64,000 bases of DNA from an uncultured Muribaculaceae bacterium (lineage in GTDB: Bacteria; Bacteroidota; Bacteroidia; Bacteroidales; Muribaculaceae), in contig CAJULY010000005.1 in the NCBI GenBank assembly GCA_910587185.1, positions 25,608 through 89,607 on the forward strand, given 5' to 3'. Positions 30,101 through 39,141 of the stretch are shown here, one piece after another. Each line of letters opens with the position of its first letter. Within the stretch, counting starts at the first letter, position 1. Below the pieces are notes generated by a model, which was not told where the DNA came from, did no database searches, and was given only the letters and a program-made list of their open reading frames with translations. A program made the translations under genes and the position numbers.

Positions 30101-30492
30101 AGGATTACCTGGAAGAAAGAATCGATCGTGCTGACCTGAAAGAAGTTGAAGTCGAAGAGCAGATGGAGCAGAGATGTCTTCGCAGCTCCTTTAAGCGCCT
30201 CGCCGTCGCAATGGAGTTCTTCCATCAGACGGTTGCGATAGGGGCTTTTCCCCGTCCATCCCGGCTCCACTTCACCCAGCACGGCAAGCTCGTGGATTAT
30301 GCGGCGCTTCATCTCATCCGTCGCCTTGTTGGTGAAGGTCACGGCGAGGATAGAGCGGTGGACGGCGCCCGGACTTTTACGCAGGGTGTAGCGCCCGCGT
30401 TCATCCTTGTGGCCGAGGAGGAGCTTTATGTAATTGTAGGTCAGAGTGAAAGTCTTGCCTGAACCGGCAGAAGCCTTGTAGATGGTCAGCAT
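27199..30492 (-). CDS. addA: AddA/UvrD-like helicase-nuclease
   Basis: Start MLTIYKASAGSGKT; TFTNKA, IDEFQDTS, GDEKQCIYRFR, TIHKSKGLEF, YVALTRA; C-terminal RPD...IIDYK nuclease. Confidence 0.88.
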   Translation of the reverse strand: MLTIYKASAGSGKTFTLTYNYIKLLLGHKDERGRYTLRKSPGAVHRSILAVTFTNKATDEMKRRIIHELAVLGEVEPGWTGKSPYRNRLMEELHCDGEALKGAAKTSLLHLLFDFNFFQVSTIDSFFQVILRTFAREAELTGNYEVDLENDRAMEAGVKSLFDSLKEERESPENARMIDWLTEFLLNELKEGHGVALFNRRSGAFSQLLDFVRRTDTEEFKRRYDDMMDYLSSPALIEKFRSQLAAAPERHKAMTSKACREALATIESRGYNGGKLKVSATVTKLLENGAINGYDTAKSEGKTLDSVLGDSSSAYNAALKKHLADNPDDRLDLDIARAFSLLKEGRVYRPLWLSLSRQLYTLGMLRAIYRHIDSFRAENNSFLLSDTNSILKEIIGEGDTPFVFERLGVWLNHFLIDEFQDTSRMQWEIMKPLVDQGQSTDSDSLIIGDEKQCIYRFRSSDPTLLQYQVIGEFGEKATVKGNMEEENTNWRSSFHVVTFNNSLFRTLAQKLDLGEVYSNVCQQVAPKHSGHKGYVLARQITTENKEDFAELALDGMVSEIKRQLRSGYRGNEIAVLVRSRSDGAEVIGRLSGLIGADPDFKGLRVVSDDAMSLASAPSVRLIISVLNYLRSLDEPEATGDGSEAGKRRRLAEIKRMINRYEYRRSRGLAPAEALEQAVNGDDTFDIREDVGDMACFSLPSLVERIISRMFTAEELESENMFLSAFQDTVLDFCSSGNTDLQSFLSWWETKGSSVTVSAPDDENAIRVMTIHKSKGLEFRCVHVPLLSREMISFGDSEWFERAPVPLIDTDVIPPLLSIKPSRSLKRTAFAPQYDRRCREQLLDELNVLYVALTRASDELCITYYNTTRNSECIPVGMLLSGFIPELPLMQRAERVNETDDSETYVFGEPTMAGTGETKRTTALDPAGLFFMPAYSTADRNDLWANTRIDDLPDFSRPRDRGIILHEVLSRVHEADGLSHAVASCVHALILPEAESGEIEEFLADELKRPEIAPWFSGFRKAVTERPLMLPPAETLRPDRVVWTADGHIDIIDYKFGQEKRSHHRQVARYAECFRNMGHSGVRGFIWYVPDHRIIQVK

Positions 30493-30503
30493 GGCGCCTT
30501 CTG

Positions 30504-30842
30504 TCAGATTATACGCGCTTTGTAACCCATGGAAGTCAACAGCGCGAGGATATCCTTGCGCCTGTCGCCTTGAATCAGGATGTCGCCTCCGCGGGCCGAT
30601 CCTCCGGCTCCGAGTTTTTTCTTGATTGAGGCGGCAATCTCCAGAAGGGCGTCCTCCGGAATATCCCATCCTGAGATTATGGTGGCGGTTTTTCCTCCAC
30701 GACCTTTCCGTTCCATGATTATGTCCAGACGCGATTTTTGCGCGGGTGCAGTCCTCTCTTCGCCGCTGACGGGAATGTCGGGTCCTTCGGGAAGATCATG
30801 ATTGGAATCGCGGAATTGCTGGAGTTGATCGAGCCAGTTCAT
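30504..30842 (-). CDS. SUI1/YciH translation initiation factor
   Basis: RKGRGGKTATII...KKKLGAGGS...ILIQGD. Confidence 0.9.
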   Translation of the reverse strand: MNWLDQLQQFRDSNHDLPEGPDIPVSGEERTAPAQKSRLDIIMERKGRGGKTATIISGWDIPEDALLEIAASIKKKLGAGGSARGGDILIQGDRRKDILALLTSMGYKARII

Positions 30843-30861
30843 GAGGGGGGAAAGCAAGGTG

Positions 30862-31359
30862 TCAGTGGATCGAATCGGCTATCTCCGGAAAATGATCGTC
30901 ATGGATCTCGCCGAGACTGTCGGCTTCCGGATTGTAAGGGTTGTCGAGATGTCCCACAAGTGTTTTAAGCATTGTCACGTAGGGGTAAAGGTCTGGATTG
31001 ACGTCGGCATAGAAAGCGGCGGCGCTGTCGGGATTGCTTGCGAAAGCGCGCCGGTAGAGGTCGGCCGCCTGGGCGATGCTGCTTTCGCGCTCCGTGCGGT
31101 CGGCGATCTGCATATAGACTATCGAGAGCCGGGCGAGTTCCGTCGCGGAGAGATTGCTCAGATTCTCGGGGCCGATGACTTTTGTCGCAACACTGCTGGC
31201 CGCTTCCATGTCGCCCAGCGCTACGGCCGCTTCCGCTTCTCTCAGACATTCGGCAGCCTCGTTGCGGGTCGATCTTCCGCAAGAGGCGACGATTAAGGCC
31301 GTGGCGCAGACCAGCGTGACTATAAATATGTTTCGTATCATAATCTTAGATTTCTTCAT
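30862..31359 (-). CDS. Hypothetical lipoprotein
   Basis: Lipobox VASC; helical body. Confidence 0.7.
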   Translation of the reverse strand: MKKSKIMIRNIFIVTLVCATALIVASCGRSTRNEAAECLREAEAAVALGDMEAASSVATKVIGPENLSNLSATELARLSIVYMQIADRTERESSIAQAADLYRRAFASNPDSAAAFYADVNPDLYPYVTMLKTLVGHLDNPYNPEADSLGEIHDDHFPEIADSIH

Positions 31360-31762
31360 TGTGTCCCCGGCGCACGTAAGAGTAATCTGTGCCGCCGCGG
31401 TTGAGGGTTAATGTAAGGCCGTTGAACGAGGATATTGCGTAGCTGACATGGGTGGGGATGGTGCCTACGCGGACAACCGTGGTGTCGCCGGTAACGCTGG
31501 CGGCTACTCCGTCAGTGTCGATGACGAGCGAATCGTTTTCCACATTCCATTCTCCGTTGACGGTGTAGCTCATCACGTCTGGCTTTATGGCGTGTATGGT
31601 GCATGAGCCGTCCTCATTGAGTTCCATGACGGGCTCGGTTTCGGAAATGGCTGTCTGGTAATATGTTCCGACCATCTCTTTCGCCTCGTCGGAAAGATGG
31701 CTGCAACCTGTTGCCAAGACTGCAGCAGCAAGCAGAACAGATGCTTTTGATATGGTTTTCAT
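31346..31762 (-). CDS. Hypothetical lipoprotein (lipocalin-like beta fold suggested)
   Basis: Lipobox ATGC; VGTY, GEWNVENDSL pattern. Confidence 0.7.
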   Translation of the reverse strand: MKTISKASVLLAAAVLATGCSHLSDEAKEMVGTYYQTAISETEPVMELNEDGSCTIHAIKPDVMSYTVNGEWNVENDSLVIDTDGVAASVTGDTTVVRVGTIPTHVSYAISSFNGLTLTLNRGGTDYSYVRRGHNEEI

Positions 31763-31772
31763 TCTTCTCAAG

Positions 31773-33530
31773 TTAAGCTAAATGCAGTTTGAATTCTTCT
31801 ATGAGCGTTTTCAGGGCCGGGGTCTCGGCTTTCATTTTTTCGAGCAGTTCGGTGTCGGTCAGGGTATGGCGGGGAGAGTCGGAGGTGTCTATCCTGACCT
31901 CGAAATCAACTTGGTCGTTGGCGAGTGAATCGCGGATATATCCGATTATGTCGGCGTGGTTAGCGTCCATCATGTCGAGTTGGAGCGAGTTCTGGACCGT
32001 TATGACGAACTGCGTGCGGTCAAGCATTGTCGGCCTCGCCGAGCGCATGGTGTTGATGAGTATATGGGCCTGAGGATGAGTGGAGATATAGGCGTTCCAT
32101 GCAGTCAGCAGGGCGTCTTCCGAGAACGGGTTCGATCTGTTGCCGGCGGCAGAGGAGACAGGTTTTTCGCCCGCGTTCCCGGGCACACCGCCTCGAATTG
32201 AAAGATGGGGGACTTTCAGCGACGATTGCTGGGCGCGTGGGTGGGGCGTGGCTGTCGGGGGCGCGGAGACGCGGATTGGCGCGGCAGCCGGAGAAGAGGC
32301 GACGGATGGCGCCGCAGGGGTCTTGCACTCCTTGTTTGCGTTCTCGCTGATTACCGGTTTCTGTTTGTCGGGAGAGATGTCAGCGGCAGCGATAGGTCTC
32401 AGCTGCCCCTCTCCGTCGCTGCCTTTATTGGGGGAGGGGCTGAGTAGTTGGCATATCTTGGCGAGCGTGAGCTCGATGAGGAATTGCTTGTTGGAGGCGT
32501 TGCGGTAATTCAGGTCGGCATCGTTGCAGAGACACATGGCTCTGTAGAGGAAGTCAGGCGAGCACTTTGCGCCCATGGCGGCCATGGCTTGCCGTGTCTC
32601 GTTGCCGGCTTCGATGAGGGCGAGGGTCGAGGGGTCGCGCGCAACCATCAGGTCGCGGAAATAAGAGCCGAGGCCGTTGATGAAGAAAAGCGAGTCGAAA
32701 CCGTTGTCGCGGATCTCCTTGTAGATGGTCCATGAGGTCAGGACATCGCCTTTCAGGAAACAGGCGAGAAGCCGGTTGTAGTATTCGTAGTCAAGTACGT
32801 TCAGGCAGTCGATGGCCGACTGATAGGTTATGTTGCCCCCCGACGAGGCCGCTACCTGATCGAAGATCGACAGGGCGTCACGCATGGCGCCGTCGGCTTT
32901 TTTCGCAATCACGTTGAGAGCGGCTGTTTCGGCCGTGATCCCTTCCTGCGACGCCACGTAAGTCAAATGGTCTATCATGTCCTGGATCGTGATCCTGTGG
33001 AAGTCATAGATCTGGCATCGCGAAAGAATGGTCGGGATGATTTTCTGCTTTTCCGTCGTCGCCAGGATGAAAACGACATACGACGGCGGCTCCTCCAGAG
33101 TTTTCAGAAAGGCGTTGAAGGCCGCCGATGTCAGCATGTGGACCTCATCGACAATGAACACTCTGTATTGCCCGCGCGTCGGGGCAACCTGAACCTGCTC
33201 CACGAGGTTGCGTATATCTTCCACTCCGTTGTTGGAGGCGGCGTCAAGCTCGACTATGTTCATCGATGTCCCCCGGTTGAATTCCAGGCATGACTCGCAT
33301 TCGTTGCAGGCCTCGCCGTCGGGCGTGGGATGCTGGCAGTTGATTGTCTTGGCGAAGATACGGGCGCAGGATGTCTTGCCGACACCCCTTGATCCGCAGA
33401 AGAGATAGCTGTGGGCCAGACGATGGGTGGCAACCGCGTTTTTCAACGTGGTGGTCAGCGCTTTTTGCCCGACCACCGAAGCGAAGGTCGATGGACGGTA
33501 TTTTCTGGCCGATACGAGATATTTTTCCAT
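31773..33530 (-). CDS. dnaX: DNA polymerase III subunit gamma/tau
   Basis: SARKYRP, GSRGVGKT, ELDAASNNGVEDIR, DEVHML, NAFLKTLEEPP, SRC. Confidence 0.96.
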   Translation of the reverse strand: MEKYLVSARKYRPSTFASVVGQKALTTTLKNAVATHRLAHSYLFCGSRGVGKTSCARIFAKTINCQHPTPDGEACNECESCLEFNRGTSMNIVELDAASNNGVEDIRNLVEQVQVAPTRGQYRVFIVDEVHMLTSAAFNAFLKTLEEPPSYVVFILATTEKQKIIPTILSRCQIYDFHRITIQDMIDHLTYVASQEGITAETAALNVIAKKADGAMRDALSIFDQVAASSGGNITYQSAIDCLNVLDYEYYNRLLACFLKGDVLTSWTIYKEIRDNGFDSLFFINGLGSYFRDLMVARDPSTLALIEAGNETRQAMAAMGAKCSPDFLYRAMCLCNDADLNYRNASNKQFLIELTLAKICQLLSPSPNKGSDGEGQLRPIAAADISPDKQKPVISENANKECKTPAAPSVASSPAAAPIRVSAPPTATPHPRAQQSSLKVPHLSIRGGVPGNAGEKPVSSAAGNRSNPFSEDALLTAWNAYISTHPQAHILINTMRSARPTMLDRTQFVITVQNSLQLDMMDANHADIIGYIRDSLANDQVDFEVRIDTSDSPRHTLTDTELLEKMKAETPALKTLIEEFKLHLA

Positions 33531-33697
33531 ACCCACAAATGTATGACTTTTTCACGATATTTCCAAATCTGCCGACGGCTCTGCGTGGCGCTTCAACGGG
33601 CGCGGCTTTATTGAAAAGAAATTTTGTCGGGATGGGGATTTTGATTAATTTTGGGAAAAGTTTAAACAATCAAAGAGATTCATAAAGATTCCGAGGC

Positions 33698-34996
33698 ATG
33701 GACTATAGAATACTTCCTCCGGAGGAACTGCCGGAGGCCGAGATAAAGCTTCCCCTGTCAAAGAGTATGAGCAACCGGGCGCTGGTCATCAACGCCTTGT
33801 CGGGACTGATGCCGGAAAACCTTAAGATTGCCGGATGTGACGACACGCGTCTGCTTGCAAAGGGTATTGTGAGCGGAAGCGACGAGGTCGATATAGACGG
33901 CGCCGGAACGGCGATGCGTTTCCTGACCGCATATTTTTCCATTCAGCCCCACCGCAAGGTCCGTCTGACCGGCAACGAGCGTATGTGTCAGAGGCCCATA
34001 CGTCCGCTTGTCGATGCGCTGCGTGCGCTCGGCGCCGACATAACCTATCTCGGCGAGGAGGGATTTCCTCCCCTTGCCATTAAGGGGGCTTCTCTCGAAG
34101 GAGGGCGCCTCGTGATAGATGCGTCGATGAGTTCACAGTATGTCTCGGCTCTTCTCATGATAGCGCCCTATCTCCGGGGCGGCCTGACTCTCGAGCTTGC
34201 TTCGGAGATCGGATCGATGCCCTACGTTGACATGACGCTGGAAATGATGCGCCGGGCAGGCGCCGCCGCTGAGCGCGACCGACTTTCGATCGAGGTGAAG
34301 GAAGGCGGCTATACGACTCCTGCGCTGGATATTGAAGCCGACTGGAGCGCCGCATCCTACTGGTATGAGATAGAGGCCGTTTCCTCCGGGTTCATAACCC
34401 TGCTGGGCCTATGCCGCGACTCATGTCAGGGCGATGCCGTGACTGCCGAGATATACAGGCAGATAAGCGTCACGACCGAATTCAATCCCGATTATAACGG
34501 GCAGGGACCGGCCGCCGAGCTTTGCGCGTCGCCTGACCTTTCGCCGCGTCTTGTGCTTGATCTTTCCTCCTATCCTGACCTTACGCCGGCCATCGCTGTG
34601 ACGTGTGCTCTTGTCGGGATTCCGTTCCGTCTCAACGGACTGGAATCGCTGCGCATAAAGGAGTGTGACAGGCTCGCGGCTATAGCAAAGGAACTTTCGA
34701 AACTCGGTGTCGAGGCAGAGATCATAGGCGATCATGCGCTCGAGTGGACCGGTGACCGCCGCCCGATGACGGCTCTTCCGGAATTCGACACCTATGGAGA
34801 TCACCGCATGGCTATGGCTTTCGCTCCCGTGGCGATATATGTGCCGGGAATAAAAATCCGTAATGTCGAGGTGGTCAACAAGTCCTACCCCGAATTCTGG
34901 GAACATCTGACAGAGGCCGGTTTCACTCTTGTTGACGGCGACACTCCCTACGAGTCGCTTTTCAATGACGGACGGCAGGAGGACGGCGCCCGATGA
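33698..34996 (+). CDS. aroA: EPSP synthase
   Basis: SKSMSNRAL, AGTAMRF, SSQYVSALL, LRIKECDR, DHRMAM, KSYPEFW. Confidence 0.95.
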   Translation: MDYRILPPEELPEAEIKLPLSKSMSNRALVINALSGLMPENLKIAGCDDTRLLAKGIVSGSDEVDIDGAGTAMRFLTAYFSIQPHRKVRLTGNERMCQRPIRPLVDALRALGADITYLGEEGFPPLAIKGASLEGGRLVIDASMSSQYVSALLMIAPYLRGGLTLELASEIGSMPYVDMTLEMMRRAGAAAERDRLSIEVKEGGYTTPALDIEADWSAASYWYEIEAVSSGFITLLGLCRDSCQGDAVTAEIYRQISVTTEFNPDYNGQGPAAELCASPDLSPRLVLDLSSYPDLTPAIAVTCALVGIPFRLNGLESLRIKECDRLAAIAKELSKLGVEAEIIGDHALEWTGDRRPMTALPEFDTYGDHRMAMAFAPVAIYVPGIKIRNVEVVNKSYPEFWEHLTEAGFTLVDGDTPYESLFNDGRQEDGAR

Positions 34997-35418
34997 TAGT
35001 CGCGCTCTATATTCTTCTGGCTCTTGTAGCGGTTGGAGCGGTGCTCTATCTGTTTCATCGCCGCGATCTCCGTAATGGGGGAGACGTCACGCCTGAAGCG
35101 GATGCGGGCGCCCAGGAGGAAGAGCCGGTATGCTGCGGCATGCACATCACGTGTGAGCGTGACTCTCTGCTTGCGGCGGTAAGCGAGGAGATCGAGTATT
35201 ATGACGACGAGGAACTCGACCGGTTCAAGGGAACCGCGCCCGACGAGTATTCCGATGAAGCGATAGAGGAGTTTCGAAATGTTCTGCTGACGCTTCTCCC
35301 GACGGATATTGCCGGCTGGGCCCGCAGCATCCAGTTGCGGGGAATAGAGCTGCCCGCTTCGGTTCGCGAGGAATTGTTGATGATAGTGTCGGAAGCGAGG
35401 GCCGCTTCCCATAAATGA
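34993..35418 (+). CDS. Conserved Bacteroidales membrane-anchored hypothetical protein
   Basis: N-terminal TM; CCGMHITCE and YYDDEELD motifs. Confidence 0.75.
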   Translation: MIVALYILLALVAVGAVLYLFHRRDLRNGGDVTPEADAGAQEEEPVCCGMHITCERDSLLAAVSEEIEYYDDEELDRFKGTAPDEYSDEAIEEFRNVLLTLLPTDIAGWARSIQLRGIELPASVREELLMIVSEARAASHK

Positions 35419-35422
35419 AAAG

Positions 35423-36241
35423 ATGGATAGCATTCTGCAATATGAATTTTTCCGCAATGCCCTTTATGGAGTCACCATAATCAGCATAGCGGCGGCGGTG
35501 ATAGGAACATACATCGTGACCCGCCGTCTCGTGGCCATCAGCGGAGGTATAACCCATGCTTGTTTCGGAGGGCTGGGTCTCGGTTATTTTCTCGGTGTCA
35601 GCCCTGTGCTGACGGCGGCTGTATTCGCGATAGGATCGTCGGTGGGAGTGGAATGGCTTTCGAGGAATCAGCGTATGAGGGAGGATTCAGCCATAGCGGT
35701 TATCTGGGCTCTCGGAATGGCTGTCGGTATAATATTCGTTTTCCTTACACCGGGATATGTTCCCGAACTCAATGTTTTTCTCTTCGGCAACGTGCTGACG
35801 ATCTCCAACGGCGACCTTTGGGCGTTCGCGGTGTTTACCGCGGTGTTGCTGCTGTTTGTCGGAGTGTTCTACAAGCAGATACTCGCCTATTCGTTTGACC
35901 GCGATTTCGCCAGCGTCATGCATGTCCCCGTGCGTTTCATAGGCTATGCCATGACTGTGCTGGTGGCCGTTTGCATAGTGCTGACGATCAGGCTTGTCGG
36001 TATAATGCTGCTTATGTCGATGCTGGCGCTGCCCCAGATCATCGCTGAAACTTTCTGCAAACGCTATCCGACTCTTATGGCCGGATCTGTCGTCGTGTCG
36101 CTGTTCTGCTGCGTGGGAGGTCTCTTCCTGAGCGCATGTATAAATGTTCCCTGCTCGGCGCTGATTGTGGTCATTATGGTTGCGGCCTACATTATCGCCT
36201 CGTTGGTGAGGTCGTTTCGCTCATCACGCATCAACCGATGA
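35423..36241 (+). CDS. Metal (Zn/Mn) ABC transporter permease, ZnuB-like
   Basis: GGITHACFGGLG, FLFGNVL, FDRDFA, IRLVGIML. Confidence 0.9.
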   Translation: MDSILQYEFFRNALYGVTIISIAAAVIGTYIVTRRLVAISGGITHACFGGLGLGYFLGVSPVLTAAVFAIGSSVGVEWLSRNQRMREDSAIAVIWALGMAVGIIFVFLTPGYVPELNVFLFGNVLTISNGDLWAFAVFTAVLLLFVGVFYKQILAYSFDRDFASVMHVPVRFIGYAMTVLVAVCIVLTIRLVGIMLLMSMLALPQIIAETFCKRYPTLMAGSVVVSLFCCVGGLFLSACINVPCSALIVVIMVAAYIIASLVRSFRSSRINR

Positions 36242-39138
36242 GATTGCGCCTTTCCATATACATTGTCTGTCTGGTCCTGATGATTCTTCCTGCCGGGTGT
36301 AGCCTTAAGAAAAACACGGCCGCCACCCGACAGTATTCCGAATTCATAACCCGCTACAATGTCTATTTCAACGGCGACGAACACTACAGGAAAACCCTTT
36401 CGGATATGGAGAAGAGTTATGCCGACGACTATCTGCAGACCACTCTTTTCATGCATCCCGCGGAGGCCTACGCCGACCCTCGCGCCCCCAAGCCGTCGGG
36501 CGATTTCACCCGGTCGATCGAAAAGGCCCAGAAAGCGATCCAGCTGCGCTCCATAAAGAAGAGACCTCGCAGAAAGAGCAACAAATCGTCGGCTGAGAAC
36601 CGCCGGTGGCAAGGGCGCAGCGAATACAATCCCTTTCTCCATAACGCATGGCTGATGCTTGGGCGAAGCCAGTATATGGGAGGCGATTTTATGGGGGCAT
36701 CATCGACATTCGCCTATATCGCAAAAAATTTCCGCTGGTTGCCCGAGACCGTCGTCGAGGCCGATCTCTGGCGTGCGAGATGCTTTCTCGCGATGGGATG
36801 GTTATTCGAAGCCGAAACCATTCTTGGTTCTGTCAGAAAAAAAGATCTGACAGATTCGGTTCTTGAAAATCTTTATGATTTCGATATGGCTGATTTCTAT
36901 GTCAGGTCAAAAAAATATGAGGAAGCCATCCCTTATCTGAGAAAGGCGACGCGCACGGCCGCTTCCACTCAGAAACCGCGGCTGATGTTTCTGCTGGGGC
37001 AGCTCCTGCAGCTGACAGGAAAAAACGAAGAGTCCTACGATGTCTTCGGCCGCATTGCCGGCATGGGGGAGTCGTCACACAGAACGCGTTTCAATGCGCG
37101 CATAAAGCAAAGCGAGGTGTTCGGCGGCAATGATATTTCCCGCGAAGTAAAGTCTCTCAGGTCGCTTGCCGGGTATGGCGCTAACCGCGATTATCTCGAC
37201 CAGATATATTATGCCGTGGGAAATCTGTATATGTCGCGGAAAGACACTGTGCAGGCTTTGGAAAATTACATTAAGGCTGTCGGAGAGTCGAAGCGCGACG
37301 GAGTCGAGGCTGCCCTTGCATCCCTGGCCATGGGAAAAATCTATTATGCGCAAAGAAAGTATGACAAGGCGCACCCCCGTTACACCTATGCCGTCACCCG
37401 CCTCCCGGAAAGTCACAGAGACTACGCGGCGATCAAGGCGACATCCGACATTCTTGACGAGCTGGCCGTCTATGCCCGTAATGTAAATCTTCAGGATTCG
37501 CTGCTGCGTCTCGCAGACCTGACGCCTGAAAAAAGAGAAGCGGAGATAGCGAGGATGATTTCGGAACTCGAAAAACGGGAGAGAGCAGAAGAGGAGGCGC
37601 GCCGCCGGGAGGAATATCTGGCGCGGCAGGAGGCTGTGGGAACCAATCTCGATCTGTCGGGGACGCCGGCCCCTGCATCGTTTACGCTGAACACCGACAA
37701 GTCGTGGTATTTCTATAATGAAGCCACCCGAAACGCAGGACGCGTCGAATTTCAGAAACGCTGGGGCAACCGCAAGCTGGAGGATGACTGGCGCCGCCGT
37801 AACAAGGCTGTATTCAGTCAGTTCGAGGATATTGCCGAGGAAGAGGACCCGGAAGAGGACCAGTCTGATGAAAACACTGAATCACCTGAGGCGATAAACC
37901 GCGCCTCCGACCCTCACTTTCCCGAATACTATCTGCGGCAGATTCCTATGACTCCTGCGGAACGGGCCAATGCTCTCGATATAATTCAGGACGGAATGTA
38001 TAATCAGGGAATCGTGCTGAAAGACAAGCTTAACGATTTCGACGGAGCGAGAACGGCTTTCAGCGGACTGCTCGAGCGTTTCCCGGACAATGTCTATCGG
38101 CTGGATGCATACTACAATATGTATCTCATGGGTTTGCTTTCCGGGCGACGGGATGAGGAACGTCTTTACAGGAAGCTCATCCTGGAGGATTTTCCGGAGT
38201 CGAAATATGCAGTCGCGCTGGCAGACCCTTCATATATGGATAAATTGCGCCGTATGCCGCATGTCGAGGACAGTCTTTATCAGAAAGCGTTTGACGCCTA
38301 CTTCGCCAATGACAACAATCTCGTGCGCCGACTCTGTTCAGAGGCGCGCCGCGATTATCCCATGAGCCGGCTAATGCCGAAATTCATGTTCCTGGAGGCT
38401 TTGAGCTATGTCCCTGACAACGATACGGAAAAATTCTCCTCATTGCTTCGGGAACTTGCCGCCCGTTATCCGGAGGCTGATGTGGCGCCGCTGGCCTCTT
38501 CCTATCTGCGGCTGCTTGCAGAAGGGCGTCGGTTGAATTCGGGTGGCGACAATGTCAGAGGCATCGTGAGGACTACGCGGTTGCTGGCGGATTCTACCGC
38601 GGTCACAACCGGTCAGCCGGCCCGATTCGGCCTGCGACCCGATACTTCCCACGTGGTTCTGCTCGTATATGAGATCGCGGATGTGGCTCCGAAACAGATG
38701 CTTTTCGACGTGGCCCGACATAATTTCATGACTTATTCGGTTCGCGATTTCGACATAGGGCAGCTGCAGTTTGGCGGACTGGGGATAATCATGGTTTCCG
38801 GTTTCAGAGACAGGCGCGAGGCCGAGGATTATCAGGAACGCATAGAGAATTCTGGTGTGATCCGTCTTCCCGAGGAAGTAATGACCGTGGTTATCTCTCA
38901 ACCTGATTTCGATCTGTTGCAGAACGAGGGACGAACGCTTGACGAGTATTTCAACGCTGTGGGCGACAGTAGGCTGGAGCGGGTAAAGAAGGCTATGCCA
39001 GATGATGAAATGATTGATGAGGCGATCCCTCCGGCCGGACCGTCAGAGCAGGACGTGCCTGACGAGCTTGAACCTGTGCGGCAAACGGCTCCCGGAATTC
39101 CTGTCGGAAGCGAGGGCGATGACCCGTTGTTGGATTAG
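36238..39138 (+). CDS. sprE: T9SS TPR lipoprotein SprE/PorW
   Basis: Lipobox PAGC then SLKKNT; TRYNVYFNG, WYFYN...FQKRWGNRKLEDDWRR; adjacent to porX. Confidence 0.82.
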   Translation: MRLRLSIYIVCLVLMILPAGCSLKKNTAATRQYSEFITRYNVYFNGDEHYRKTLSDMEKSYADDYLQTTLFMHPAEAYADPRAPKPSGDFTRSIEKAQKAIQLRSIKKRPRRKSNKSSAENRRWQGRSEYNPFLHNAWLMLGRSQYMGGDFMGASSTFAYIAKNFRWLPETVVEADLWRARCFLAMGWLFEAETILGSVRKKDLTDSVLENLYDFDMADFYVRSKKYEEAIPYLRKATRTAASTQKPRLMFLLGQLLQLTGKNEESYDVFGRIAGMGESSHRTRFNARIKQSEVFGGNDISREVKSLRSLAGYGANRDYLDQIYYAVGNLYMSRKDTVQALENYIKAVGESKRDGVEAALASLAMGKIYYAQRKYDKAHPRYTYAVTRLPESHRDYAAIKATSDILDELAVYARNVNLQDSLLRLADLTPEKREAEIARMISELEKRERAEEEARRREEYLARQEAVGTNLDLSGTPAPASFTLNTDKSWYFYNEATRNAGRVEFQKRWGNRKLEDDWRRRNKAVFSQFEDIAEEEDPEEDQSDENTESPEAINRASDPHFPEYYLRQIPMTPAERANALDIIQDGMYNQGIVLKDKLNDFDGARTAFSGLLERFPDNVYRLDAYYNMYLMGLLSGRRDEERLYRKLILEDFPESKYAVALADPSYMDKLRRMPHVEDSLYQKAFDAYFANDNNLVRRLCSEARRDYPMSRLMPKFMFLEALSYVPDNDTEKFSSLLRELAARYPEADVAPLASSYLRLLAEGRRLNSGGDNVRGIVRTTRLLADSTAVTTGQPARFGLRPDTSHVVLLVYEIADVAPKQMLFDVARHNFMTYSVRDFDIGQLQFGGLGIIMVSGFRDRREAEDYQERIENSGVIRLPEEVMTVVISQPDFDLLQNEGRTLDEYFNAVGDSRLERVKKAMPDDEMIDEAIPPAGPSEQDVPDELEPVRQTAPGIPVGSEGDDPLLD

Positions 39139-39141
39139 AAA

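Noticed and set aside
30493..30669. N-terminal extension of the AddA ORF in the track
   Set aside because: Overlaps the SUI1 gene; the family start MLTIYKASAGSGKT is at 30492.
31773..33530. Programmed frameshift in dnaX
   Set aside because: The ORF is continuous, and I saw no A-AAA-AAG or long A-run slippery site after the clamp-loader domains.
36136..36237. Upstream start of sprE in the ORF track
   Set aside because: Lies inside the permease gene; ATG 36238 gives a proper lipoprotein signal.
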